DNA of 64,000 nt from Giardia intestinalis (Eukaryota): the NCBI GenBank assembly GCA_000002435.2, contig CM018792.1. The stretch is one strand, 5' to 3'. The position numbers and the translations under genes are program-made. Under the pieces are notes generated by a model. It saw only the letters and a program-made list of their open reading frames with translations, was not told the DNA's origin and did not search any database. Shown one piece after another: positions 35,397 to 45,193 of this stretch. Positions within the stretch are counted from its first letter, which is position 1. Every line of letters begins with the position of its first letter.

Positions 35397-35921
35397 TTAC
35401 CCCTGGGTTAGAATTCGAGACCTAATACTTACAATGCCGTCATTGGTTGCTATGTTAACCGCGTTTTTGGTCAAAGATATAGAGTCTACAATGGAGGTAG
35501 CATCGTGTCCCAATCGAAGATAGCATGAGCTTTTGGTCGTAGGCAATATCAGCTTGTCTCGGTTAGCCGGCTTACGCCCACGGTTTCCTGGGGTGCTGTG
35601 CTGGACATTGGCTTGTATAGACGTGGGCAGCATGTCTTTCAGGTTCGTCATCCGCTCGAGAATATAATCAAAACTAGGACCATACTGTGCTCGAAGCCTT
35701 TTTGCTGCTGCCAGATCATTGAGATATTCCCCGTAGTTATCTCTTGCATAGCAGAACGCCTTTAATAATTGGCTCTCCTGTGTTTGTGGCAGGCTCTTTG
35801 GCCGCGGATGCGAAGGTGCTCGGGGCTGCGGGTACTCACCTGCAGCCTTACGAGGCTTCGGGGGATGCATGCAGTCCTTATTAAAATTAATTGGGTCCGG
35901 CGTTACCCGTATGCTTGGCAT
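35397..35921 (-). CDS. Hypothetical protein (start uncertain)
   Basis: The track ORF starts at TTG 35996. In-frame ATGs lie at 35921 and 35870. The sequence is not low-complexity, but there is no recognisable family and no AGTRAAY after the stop. It competes with the small plus ORF 35869..36108. Confidence 0.25.
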   Translation of the reverse strand: MPSIRVTPDPINFNKDCMHPPKPRKAAGEYPQPRAPSHPRPKSLPQTQESQLLKAFCYARDNYGEYLNDLAAAKRLRAQYGPSFDYILERMTNLKDMLPTSIQANVQHSTPGNRGRKPANRDKLILPTTKSSCYLRLGHDATSIVDSISLTKNAVNIATNDGIVSIRSRILTQG

Positions 35922-36108
35922 CCTTCGTCCTCGCCTAACGGCTAAGCCTCCACAGCCCCAGCAGATACGGAGTATCCAGTCTGTGGACCCGTGCAAGCCC
36001 GCGTCACTAGGCCTCCATCAGCCCCCTGCCAGCCTGAGCGTCACATACAAACCGGTCCCGCCCCCGGACACAGACTACGGGCTGGAGAAGCTGCTCCGGC
36101 GCAAGTAA
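35869..36108 (+). CDS. Possible small proline-rich ORF (79 aa)
   Basis: An ATG start is present. The stop is embedded in aagTAAac, an AGTAAAC signal overlapping the stop exactly as at histone H3. It overlaps the alternative minus ORF, and I cannot decide between them from sequence alone. Confidence 0.2.
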   Translation: MQSLLKLIGSGVTRMLGILRPRLTAKPPQPQQIRSIQSVDPCKPASLGLHQPPASLSVTYKPVPPPDTDYGLEKLLRRK

Positions 36109-36121
36109 ACAAGCACCGGCT

Positions 36122-36128
36122 ATTTACT
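36122..36128 (-). promoter_or_regulatory. AGTAAAT poly(A) signal overlapping the RPS4 stop codon
   Basis: The minus strand reads tatGAGTAAATag. The stop TAA sits inside the AGTRAAY motif. Confidence 0.55.
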
Positions 36129-36930
36129 CATAAGAGGCCCCGCCGCCGCGCTTGGCGATCGATCTGAGGCGCAGCTCGCGGTTCTTGATGATGTCGGGGC
36201 GGATACCCTTCGTCGTCGGAATGGCCACGGCGGGCGAGTCATTGCCAATGACGAAGACATTGCAGAGGCGAGTAAGGAACTCGGTACCTTCGGTGTCCTT
36301 CATGCGGATCATAGTGTAGGAGCCCATGTGCTTGTCGATAGCCTGGATTGTTCCGATGCGTCCACAGTTGCGCCCTCCAGTGACCATCACAATCTTGCCG
36401 ATGTCAAACTTGTACCACTCGTCGATCTTCCCCGTCTTCAGATTGATCTTGATGGTGTCGTTCGTCTTGATGTCAGGGTGTGGGAAGCGGATTGTACGTG
36501 CATCGTGTGTAGAAAGATAGGGCATACCCTTGTCTCCGAGGAAGATCTTCTGGACTCGGCAGAGCTTGAATCCGGCCTCGTTGCTCTGGATGGGAACAAG
36601 GGTGAAGCGGCCCTTGACGTCGTAGAGGACGCGGAAGGTCTTATGCACCTTCGGGATCTCAAAGACGTCCATGAAGCCGACAGGGAAGGTGGGGTCTGTG
36701 CGCGGCTTGCCGTCGATCAAGACATTCTTGTCCTGGAGGATCATGCTGGTTTCAGCGTAGGTGTTAGCATAGTGGAGGCGGTTACGCAGGATGAGGATGA
36801 GTGGGATGCACTCGCGGAGGCCATGGGGGCCGTTTGTAGGTCTGGGGGCCCAGATGCCTCCCATCTTGTCTAGAAGCCAGTGCTTCGGTGCGTTGAGGCG
36901 CTTAAGGTGCTTGCGGACTCCACGGGCCAT
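36124..36930 (-). CDS. RPS4: 40S ribosomal protein S4 (eS4)
   Basis: MARGVRKHLKRLNAPKHWLLDKMGGIWAPRPTNGPHGLRECIPLILILRNRL is near-identical in pattern to eukaryotic RPS4 N-termini. The size of 268 aa fits. Confidence 0.95.
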   Translation of the reverse strand: MARGVRKHLKRLNAPKHWLLDKMGGIWAPRPTNGPHGLRECIPLILILRNRLHYANTYAETSMILQDKNVLIDGKPRTDPTFPVGFMDVFEIPKVHKTFRVLYDVKGRFTLVPIQSNEAGFKLCRVQKIFLGDKGMPYLSTHDARTIRFPHPDIKTNDTIKINLKTGKIDEWYKFDIGKIVMVTGGRNCGRIGTIQAIDKHMGSYTMIRMKDTEGTEFLTRLCNVFVIGNDSPAVAIPTTKGIRPDIIKNRELRLRSIAKRGGGASYE

Positions 36931-37045
36931 TCGCTGCTAAACCAGAATACCATCCTAATTTGGATTTAAAATACATTCGTGAGATATTTTAAATATAAAT
37001 TGGACATTTTACTTAAAATTGCAATCCAGACTGGAGACGCAGTTG

Positions 37046-40000
37046 ATGACCCAGGATGGCCCGGGCAGCTCGCCTGTTTCACTTCATAATGGTTCTGTAG
37101 GTGATTACATTCGTCGACTGGAGATGCAAAACGCTTGTTTTCAGGAGGCGCTCTTCCACGCATCACGCTATACATCTGCAGTGCAAGGAAAGCTTTCCTT
37201 GGATCCCTGCGAAAGTCAAGAGCTGGAGGACCTATATATCTCTTGGTCTACGGCGTTGCAGCGGTGCCAGTTGCAAAGCCAGGATCGTCTATCACAACAT
37301 GATCAACTCCCAGAAAGGACGGCGCCATCTATCTTAGCTTCTGACAGGGTGGACGGCTCTGGATCGTCTCCGATGCCAAGAATCTTGCGTGATTGCCTCA
37401 TAATACAGACTGATGGGGTCTCTGAGGCACTGGAAGGTCAGACCGTACACACCTACACCGCAGAACTCCGCCTTCTGAGGGAGAAAGTAGTTGTATTACA
37501 AGAAGAATTTAGTAAGGAGCACGATCTTCGCGTGGCCTCAGAGAAGCTTAACACCTGTCTTCAGAGCGAGATACGGTCGCAAGCCGAGTCTCTTAAGGAG
37601 TGTAATGACGAAAACACTGAGTTGCATAATAAGATCCGGGCCCTCAAGGCACAGATACATGAGATGGACACCTCTGCTGAGACAGCATATGACGACAACT
37701 TGAAGCTAGCTGAACGAGTTCGTCATCTCACAGGATCCATGAATGAAATTAGAGTACGAGTAAGCACGGTCCTCCGCCTATTTGGAAGAAAGCCAAGTTC
37801 TCACAGGTCTGCGCGTCCAGTGTCAGCCGCAGCTGCCACAGGAATGCGTCGTGCGATATCCTACGATATTAATTCTGAAGGGATACTCGAGGACTGCAAG
37901 CAGCTCCATCTACTTGTTGCACCACTCCTAGATGCCACCTCAACTCGTGACTCAGGTACCGCAGATTATTCCAGTGGCCTGCCTCTGAACTGTGATGAGC
38001 CAGCACCAACCGCTGAGCACTCGCCACTGACGCATAACTCTGTCATCCAGCAGCCCCTGACAACGACTGCCGGTGACTCATTATCTCCACCAAGCAAGGA
38101 CCTAACATCAGCAGAGAGTACACCTTTGCCAATGCAAGCTGTGGTGCAGCGCCTGCAGGAATTTGAAAAGGTCAAAGAACAACTAACTCTCCTTACAGTT
38201 GAAGCCCAGAGTGCTCAGACCCTGTTACAACATGCTGTCCACGATAAGGAGCTAGCTGAAAAGAAGTCTTCCGAGTATCAGGACCGGCTTTCACGTGCAG
38301 AAGCTGAGGTCAAGCGTATGAGCAAGACGCTGCACAACTTGATGGAGGCCATTATAAACTTCGATTCATGCTCGGACCCTCCCATCTTCGATACGGCTGC
38401 GATCGCTCAGGAGTCACTAGATTTGGTAGAGCCAGTAGCCAGGCCCATCATTGAATCCCTATCTATACACGATAAGAATTCTGTCACGATTGTTAAACTC
38501 TTGCAGCAACAGATTGATACCTTGAAGCTCGAAGCCGAAAAGTTGAGACTGTCCAATCTGATGCTGTTGAAGCGGGAGGCGTGCAACACTAGTGTCATTC
38601 GTAACATGGAGCAGCAACTTCGTCGTCTGTCCGACGAGAACTTTTTCCTTGCAGGAGAGAATTCTGTCCTTCTAGGAGCGAAGGGTGTGGTAAATCCTAA
38701 CGTCGGACTCACTACGTTAACTAATGATAACAAAGCTCTGAGAGAGCAACTTGTAAGCATCCAGCAGAAACATTCTCAGCTTAAGAATGAGCACGACAAG
38801 CTAGTATCTAGTTACAAGGCGCTTAAGATAGAGCTTGATGAGGAGCAGGGGCGACGCGCCAGAGCTGAGGATCGATGTACAATAATGCGGGACGAGATTC
38901 AGGAACTCAATGACTGTCGTCGATCGCGATCTGCATCTCGGGCTGGTAGTCGCAGGAGTAGTGTAAGTGGCCCGCCATCCGTCAACGGCTTTCGTGATGA
39001 TCCACAAGGAGCTAATGACATCATTCGCAGCCTCAAGCGGACAATTGCGACAGTTCGTCTGGAGAATGTTAGTCTATCAAGCCAGATAGAGACTCTCATC
39101 TTCAGCGAAGCTAGAACTAAGCAATGTGTCACTCAACTCATGCTAGAAAATCATAAGCTTGTTACTGAAGCAGTCTGCAGAGATGTTTTAGTGTCTGCCC
39201 TGCAGAACGAGGCACAGCGCCACCAACAGACTCTTCTTCGGATGTGCGTTCTCGCCCCCTCAGATAACGCTCACGAGAAGCTAAACGAACACATAGCCAA
39301 GTTAGAAGAGCAATTGTTGGCCAGAGACAAAGCTTTAGAAACACTACATGAGGAGCGTGTCAAGCTAGCGACGAAGGAAGCAGCTCTTTGCATGGATATA
39401 GACGGGCTGTCCACGGAGAATGTACGCCTTACCATAGAAAATGGCAATTTGATCAATCAATTAGAAGTCTTAAAACAGCCACAACGGCACTCTCCAGACG
39501 CTCAGACTGCGTCCTGTATTACGAATAGGACAGCCACAGAAACGGTAGATAAGATCTGTGTCAGCACCCCTAACTCCTGTGAAGGAGCATCCAATAGTAG
39601 GTTACTATTTACGTTGGCGAGGGCTGACATAGTTCTCAACCAGAAGCATCCTTCTAGCGACAGCTGCGTAGAGGCGGAGCTTTCAAGAGTTTCTGACTCC
39701 ATGGACAAATTAGCTCTGCAAAACAAACACCTTCAACATGAAAATATCCAAATAAAACATCGTCTCAAAGAAGTCGAGAGACAACACCTGGTACCGCATG
39801 ATTCCTTGCTCAGAATGGCACGATACTTGAATGAGAAAGAAGAGGAGCTTTTCATTATTGTAGAGATGGCTCAGACTCATAATTCCCAGTTAGTTGGGCT
39901 CCATAACTACGTCAACAGACTCATGAATGAGTGCCTTTCTCCAGTTGAAAATGACATGCGCCCCTCAATAGAAGCATCGGATGTCACATCTCTCCAGATC

Positions 40001-40126
40001 AAGCAGCTCCTTAGACAGCTTGTCAAGGAGGTGATCTCCTTGAAGCCCATGGCCATAAGCTCTAGAACAGCCAGTCTCCGTGTCTCTACCGCTTCTGAGC
40101 TTCTCCAACGATTCACTTCAGCATAA
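37046..40126 (+). CDS. Large coiled-coil protein (about 1026 aa), hypothetical
   Basis: The track start at 37019 is TTG. The first ATG is 37046. Long heptad-rich, low-proline stretches rich in E/K/L/Q run throughout. Such cytoskeleton-associated coiled-coil proteins are abundant in Giardia. Confidence 0.6.
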   Translation: MTQDGPGSSPVSLHNGSVGDYIRRLEMQNACFQEALFHASRYTSAVQGKLSLDPCESQELEDLYISWSTALQRCQLQSQDRLSQHDQLPERTAPSILASDRVDGSGSSPMPRILRDCLIIQTDGVSEALEGQTVHTYTAELRLLREKVVVLQEEFSKEHDLRVASEKLNTCLQSEIRSQAESLKECNDENTELHNKIRALKAQIHEMDTSAETAYDDNLKLAERVRHLTGSMNEIRVRVSTVLRLFGRKPSSHRSARPVSAAAATGMRRAISYDINSEGILEDCKQLHLLVAPLLDATSTRDSGTADYSSGLPLNCDEPAPTAEHSPLTHNSVIQQPLTTTAGDSLSPPSKDLTSAESTPLPMQAVVQRLQEFEKVKEQLTLLTVEAQSAQTLLQHAVHDKELAEKKSSEYQDRLSRAEAEVKRMSKTLHNLMEAIINFDSCSDPPIFDTAAIAQESLDLVEPVARPIIESLSIHDKNSVTIVKLLQQQIDTLKLEAEKLRLSNLMLLKREACNTSVIRNMEQQLRRLSDENFFLAGENSVLLGAKGVVNPNVGLTTLTNDNKALREQLVSIQQKHSQLKNEHDKLVSSYKALKIELDEEQGRRARAEDRCTIMRDEIQELNDCRRSRSASRAGSRRSSVSGPPSVNGFRDDPQGANDIIRSLKRTIATVRLENVSLSSQIETLIFSEARTKQCVTQLMLENHKLVTEAVCRDVLVSALQNEAQRHQQTLLRMCVLAPSDNAHEKLNEHIAKLEEQLLARDKALETLHEERVKLATKEAALCMDIDGLSTENVRLTIENGNLINQLEVLKQPQRHSPDAQTASCITNRTATETVDKICVSTPNSCEGASNSRLLFTLARADIVLNQKHPSSDSCVEAELSRVSDSMDKLALQNKHLQHENIQIKHRLKEVERQHLVPHDSLLRMARYLNEKEEELFIIVEMAQTHNSQLVGLHNYVNRLMNECLSPVENDMRPSIEASDVTSLQIKQLLRQLVKEVISLKPMAISSRTASLRVSTASELLQRFTSA

Positions 40127-40133
40127 GCTGCAC

Positions 40134-41480
40134 TCACTCCTCTATACAACAAACGACGCTAACATGGGGAATTCCGTTGAACTCCGTTGCTGCTGCATAA
40201 GTATAGGCTCCAAATGCGTCTGTGATCACCCAGTCCCCGACGTCCAAGAGGGGGAGCTTGCGCTCCTTCAGAATGCAATCCAGAGAATCGCATGTTGGAC
40301 CAAAGATGCTAGACGTATTTAGGCTAGACCCTGCATGAGCCCCGGAGAGCTCCTTGCGATTGCCATGCTTATCTGTAAAACGCAGATGCGGGACAACATG
40401 GTCGAATAGAATGGCGTTGTAATATCCGTACACACCATCCCCGACATAGTACTTGACCTCATTAATGGACGCCTTACCTGATTCCATAATCTCCTTCTCA
40501 GTGAGGCAGCTGTTGTCTTCGATTTTGTCAAAGATGATGCGCCTGCCATATATTCGCGTTCCCAGGGTCATGATATCCCCTGCAAAGAATCTCCCCGGCT
40601 CCGCCATAATCTCTAGGTCCTCAGATTTGTTAGTAAAGTAAACCTTGATCCTGTTTATCTCCTCCCTGAGGGCAGAGGCTATCTCTTCGAAGCTAGGAGG
40701 AGTTATGTGTGCATGTCTGTTTGGCTCATCGTAATGACGCTCTGCGCCCTTGGACATGTACCCACCACCTATGTTCAAGACTGTGAGGGTGAAGCCCTGC
40801 TCCTTGGCAAACTTTGCTGCCTCTCCCATATATTGGACGGCTAAGCGGAAGGAGTCAACAGAGCCGCACCCTGAGCCAACGTGAAAGCTGAAACCAACTA
40901 AGTTTGCTCCCAGGTGCTTACAAAGCCTGATCAAGCGATAGCACTCACTGGGAGAAGCCCCAAATTTCACGCCAAAGCGACAAATGGAGGAGGACTCATC
41001 GGGAGGGAGAAGCCTGAGCACAAAGCGGCCTACCTTTCCAGGAGGGGTACTCTCAAGCATACTTAGCAGTTCATGTTCGGAATCGAACGTGAAGGTATTG
41101 CAATTAAGGCGAAACGCTTCTTCAATGGATCGCTTGGGTTTCTGCGGGTTTGCATATATTATCTTCGAGGGAGGGCAGCCGGCAGACAGAGCAGCGCGCA
41201 CCTCAGCGGGAGAGGCACAGTCAAACCCTGCTCCAAGAAGGTGCAGGGAGCGTAGGAGTAACGGGTGCATGTTGCACTTGACGGCATAACGGACCTGAAC
41301 CTCGGGAAGATGCGTTTTCCAGATGTTGTAGTGCCTCTCTATTTCGGAGACGTTGAGGACGCAGACGGCCTCCCTTCCGCTCTTTGCGTAAGCATCGACT
41401 ATCACCTTCGAAATATCCGCACCCTTTCCGATAGGGAGAAGGTTGTACTCGACAAGGGACGCTCTTGTCAGCACGGACAT
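40134..41480 (-). CDS. ODC: Ornithine decarboxylase (PLP-dependent, fold III)
   Basis: The PLP-binding signature YAVKCN is present. The glycine motifs LNIGGGY and SFHVGSGC and the overall length of 448 aa fit ODC. Confidence 0.9.
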   Translation of the reverse strand: MSVLTRASLVEYNLLPIGKGADISKVIVDAYAKSGREAVCVLNVSEIERHYNIWKTHLPEVQVRYAVKCNMHPLLLRSLHLLGAGFDCASPAEVRAALSAGCPPSKIIYANPQKPKRSIEEAFRLNCNTFTFDSEHELLSMLESTPPGKVGRFVLRLLPPDESSSICRFGVKFGASPSECYRLIRLCKHLGANLVGFSFHVGSGCGSVDSFRLAVQYMGEAAKFAKEQGFTLTVLNIGGGYMSKGAERHYDEPNRHAHITPPSFEEIASALREEINRIKVYFTNKSEDLEIMAEPGRFFAGDIMTLGTRIYGRRIIFDKIEDNSCLTEKEIMESGKASINEVKYYVGDGVYGYYNAILFDHVVPHLRFTDKHGNRKELSGAHAGSSLNTSSIFGPTCDSLDCILKERKLPLLDVGDWVITDAFGAYTYAAATEFNGIPHVSVVCCIEE

Positions 41481-41570
41481 TTCAATTATTTATGACTCGA
41501 GAGTAGGGTTAACATGTGAAGCATGTGACCGGAAACATAATGAAAGGAATGTTCGTAGACTCAAATATAA

Positions 41571-42539
41571 ATGTTGCGTGGTAAGCAATCTAAAGGACAA
41601 ATTGCACTCCATTCCCTCATGGTCATAGTCTTTGTTGGAAGTATTGCTGCTCAAGTAGCGGGTACTCACAACGTCGCTTCCAACAGATATGATACCGCCA
41701 TCACACCGCCTAGTGCAGCGTTTCAAATTTGGACAATCATTTATCTACTCACGATTGCACTGATCATTTGGCAGTTCTTTGCCAATCTGTACGGATCCAG
41801 TAAGCTTGACTACGCGTTCAACGTCCTAATGATGTCCGCCTTTGTGCTGGGTGCAGTGTGGATGTACTTGTTTGGTTTAGATGACACAGGCCCACAATTC
41901 TTCCTCATACTTTTCTACTCGCTTCTTATCACAGCCGCCAGCTTGCTCGCGCGATACTGTCATGTCCATCCATTTGTGCGCATTGCAATCGACACTCATA
42001 CGTCATGGATTCTTTTCGCTACGACACTGTCTGGCTTCTGCTACGTCAAATACTCTTTCTGGATGTCCCCGGACTCTCCAGCCTCTTCTTCTCTTGTTGA
42101 CCTCCTCCACGAAGCCGATTACTCGCTAGTTCTTATGTTCGCTGTGTTGCTTCAAGGCTGTCTGAGTATCGTTTGTGCTAGCTTTGCATTTGGTTTGGTG
42201 TCTGTTTGGGCATGCAGTTGGATCACGGCCAGGCTTTTTGGAACCCAGTCATCGGCCGACATGCCGTCTCTAAGGTTTTCAGCTGGATCTGGAATTCTCA
42301 TCTCTATCGGGATGACAGTGCTGGGTGGATTTCTGTTCGACAATAATATTCATGAGCAGCGTGAGCAATCCATTAAGGCCAGATCCGCTGAGAATACTAC
42401 ATCGGAGAAGGAGACCAGCAAGACAAACAGTCCATCAACCTATAAGTTAATCTCAAAGGATATAGACCAGGCCAATCCAACCCCTGTCATCATCGAGACA
42501 CCAAGCATCCCCAACTCGGAGTTATCTGTTCTTGCATAG
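41571..42539 (+). CDS. Hypothetical multi-pass membrane protein (322 aa)
   Basis: The ORF starts at ATG. Several hydrophobic helices are present (LMVIVFVGSIAAQVAG, IWTIIYLLTIALIIW, MMSAFVLGAVWMYLFGL, LVLMFAVLLQGCLSIVCASFAFGLV). The C-terminus is hydrophilic. Confidence 0.5.
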   Translation: MLRGKQSKGQIALHSLMVIVFVGSIAAQVAGTHNVASNRYDTAITPPSAAFQIWTIIYLLTIALIIWQFFANLYGSSKLDYAFNVLMMSAFVLGAVWMYLFGLDDTGPQFFLILFYSLLITAASLLARYCHVHPFVRIAIDTHTSWILFATTLSGFCYVKYSFWMSPDSPASSSLVDLLHEADYSLVLMFAVLLQGCLSIVCASFAFGLVSVWACSWITARLFGTQSSADMPSLRFSAGSGILISIGMTVLGGFLFDNNIHEQREQSIKARSAENTTSEKETSKTNSPSTYKLISKDIDQANPTPVIIETPSIPNSELSVLA

Positions 42540-42605
42540 ATGCCTCGCATCAATGAGCCGTGGCACTGGGCTGTATTTACTTACGAGTAGCTAAGCAATC
42601 CTGGG

Positions 42606-44366
42606 CTATAGTTTATCAAATGCGTCCTGTGCAGTCCACGCAAAGTCCTTGAAATTCTTATCCTCTTGCATCGTGACGCTATCGGTCTGTGTGGAAGGAG
42701 GCAGAATAGGAGACTCAGAGGTGAACTTAGCATCAAAGTTGACGACAAGCGCTTCCGGGGCTATGTAGCGATATATATTGTCTAGAGGATTCTTCAGTAG
42801 CTTCCCGTCCACCGCAAGGATACACGACTGCTCAAGTTTGGGCTTAAACGGAGGTTGGATCTCTTTCCTGTATAGCTTATCGAAATCAATCTTATTCTTT
42901 CGGAAGACCTCGTGCTTCTTGATTTCATCGAAGTTTGGCCTATCCTTGGGACGCCTGCTTAAGCATTTAGCTATAAAGCTCTTACACTCTGCACTGATGA
43001 AGACCGGGAACACGATGATATTCTTAAGGATGCGTCTATATAGTTCAGAGCGGGCGTTGCCTCCGTGGGTACTCGTCGAACTGGCGTAGGAGAACGGTGC
43101 AGACCCAACAAGCATCTCAAAGAGCAGGGCGCCCAAGGCCCAGATATCTACCATTTTGCCATGCGGTACGCCAGAGATAATCTCCCCAGAGAGGTAGTCA
43201 GGGGTGCCGCAGAAGCTTCCCGAGCAGACCCCTGCGCCCCCAGAATTGTCAGCTGAAATGCCAGTCTTGGAAAGACCGAAGTCAGTGAGCAAGATGTTCC
43301 CATGGTTATCTAAAAGGAGGTTCTCCGGCTTCATGTCCCTGAAGACGATATCGTGCTTGTGCAAGTACTCGATCACGAGAACTATCTGAGCCAGGTAGAA
43401 GACAGCAAGGGGTTCTGGAAATCTCCCTATTTTCTTCAGGTGATAGAAGAGCTCTCCACCAGTTGCAAACGTTGTCACGAGAAACAGGCGCGTTCGCGTT
43501 TGGAAGGAGTGATAGAGCTTGATCATGTTCGGGTGGTTGAAGCTCTGCAGAATGTTGTGCTCGGCCTTGAGGTGCTCGAGCTGTCGGCGATCCAGAACAT
43601 TGCGCTTCTTAAGCACCTTCATGGCGAAGAAGCGGTTGTCCTCAACGCGACGAACCAGAAAGACCTTACCGAACGAACCCTTGCCTACGACAGAGACAAG
43701 CTCAAAGTTCTGAGGCCTCATCACCTTGGCATGCGAGGGAGGAACCTGCGGAAAGATGGGGGGCCGCACGAATTTATAGGCGGCAACAGGGTTGCAGAAA
43801 GTTTCAAGGACTTCTGTCTCTGGAAGGGTTTCTATCTGGTGCGCCAGAACACGTGTGTCCTCAACGTACTCTATATTCTCGTCCAGGTCATCCTCCAGTA
43901 TCGTAGTGCGAGGTCTATCCTTCTGACCTGAAGAAGCAGGTGCATCTGCCGCCTGAGAAACAGCTCCAGTAGCCCCAATGTCTCCGTCTTCATCCGATGA
44001 GACATTAACATGACCCTTCTTGTAGCCCTTACCTTTGTCTGTTTGGAGGCCATAAGCACCGATCTTGTCATCAACAAAGACCTCGCCAAGATTTAGTCTT
44101 TGAAATGCAGAGACTATCGAGGAGACCTGGTCGGCAGACTCGACATCGAAGCGGTAGGTCTGCAAAAAGGAGATCACAAAGGCCTTCGGCTCCTTTGTTG
44201 AGCGGTGGATTCCATATATCTCCTGAACGGGTCTTTCCCACTGAATGGAGTTACCCATCACATTCTGCACGGACTTCGATGTCAACACCAGTGAGCGAGG
44301 TTGCTTTTTCCCGCGGCTAGATGTTTTGGTGACAGCATATTTGATACGCACGTCTGTGTCGCTCAT
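42606..44366 (-). CDS. AGC-family Ser/Thr protein kinase with an N-terminal PH-like domain (AKT/PKB-like)
   Basis: Kinase motifs are present: GKGSFGKVFLV, AMK, a FRDMKPENLLLD catalytic loop in which His of HRD is replaced by Phe, DFG, and GTPDYLSGE. The C-terminal AGC tail reads FDAKFTSESP. The N-terminal about 110 aa is PH-domain-like. Confidence 0.85.
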   Translation of the reverse strand: MSDTDVRIKYAVTKTSSRGKKQPRSLVLTSKSVQNVMGNSIQWERPVQEIYGIHRSTKEPKAFVISFLQTYRFDVESADQVSSIVSAFQRLNLGEVFVDDKIGAYGLQTDKGKGYKKGHVNVSSDEDGDIGATGAVSQAADAPASSGQKDRPRTTILEDDLDENIEYVEDTRVLAHQIETLPETEVLETFCNPVAAYKFVRPPIFPQVPPSHAKVMRPQNFELVSVVGKGSFGKVFLVRRVEDNRFFAMKVLKKRNVLDRRQLEHLKAEHNILQSFNHPNMIKLYHSFQTRTRLFLVTTFATGGELFYHLKKIGRFPEPLAVFYLAQIVLVIEYLHKHDIVFRDMKPENLLLDNHGNILLTDFGLSKTGISADNSGGAGVCSGSFCGTPDYLSGEIISGVPHGKMVDIWALGALLFEMLVGSAPFSYASSTSTHGGNARSELYRRILKNIIVFPVFISAECKSFIAKCLSRRPKDRPNFDEIKKHEVFRKNKIDFDKLYRKEIQPPFKPKLEQSCILAVDGKLLKNPLDNIYRYIAPEALVVNFDAKFTSESPILPPSTQTDSVTMQEDKNFKDFAWTAQDAFDKL

Positions 44367-45193
44367 GTCCCTAGAATCTTCTATGTGATGATTAGAAATT
44401 TTTGGATTTCAGCCGAATTTTCATTATACATTCACCTTTGCTCCTTGCTATCAGCACTCTCTGATTAACGGGCATAAGACAGAGATCACTCTGGGGCGAG
44501 GCCAGGTGATGCAGATCTGACAATTTTTGCCTGAAATCCGTGGTCCTGCAAGTACAAAAGCCATTCTTAATCAAGCGGTGCACAACGCCGCGACCTATGC
44601 GAGGTTTACCTGCATTGAGTATTTGACAGTCTCCTCCAGCTATAAATGCCAGACTACAACTGGTCGCACAGTGCTTCAAGCGAAGACGTTACAGTCCATT
44701 GCTAAATCCGGCAAGAACGATGAATTGTCAGGCCCGTTATCGTCACCTTTTGCATGACAGCAAAGCACTATCCTAAAGGAACTCACACAGATACCTTCCA
44801 TGCTATTCTCCAAGAGCTCCCGTGGTCAGGCTGTGAGGCTTACTGGTGAGGAAACGAACCGAATTGTAGCTGTTAGCAGCATCATACATAAAGATTAGAG
44901 GGTTATCTCTGTACTACTGGAAGGCAGACTTAATTAGTAGGCCAAAGCCTGGAATGAGTCGGGGTCTTGCTAAGGCAGAAAGCTCTGCCCCTGAAAGTGG
45001 TTTGTTTGCTGAAGTTGGCTGCAAATGGCCTAGGACGGGTTGCAGAAGCATATACGTGTCTCCAGCCGCGAAGGGTTCACGCACCTGTTCGCTGACAGAG
45101 ACAAACGGTAAGCCTTACTACCTAGAAATTTACTATTTGTGAAAGAGACTAGAGAAGGACGAAGCGTGACGAACCAAACGTTGAGAGTATACC

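Noticed and set aside
35869-35871. Treating both the 79-aa plus ORF and the 157-aa minus ORF as real divergent genes with start codons overlapping in gCATGcat.
   Set aside because: That arrangement leaves no promoter for either gene. More likely only one of the two, or neither, is a real gene.
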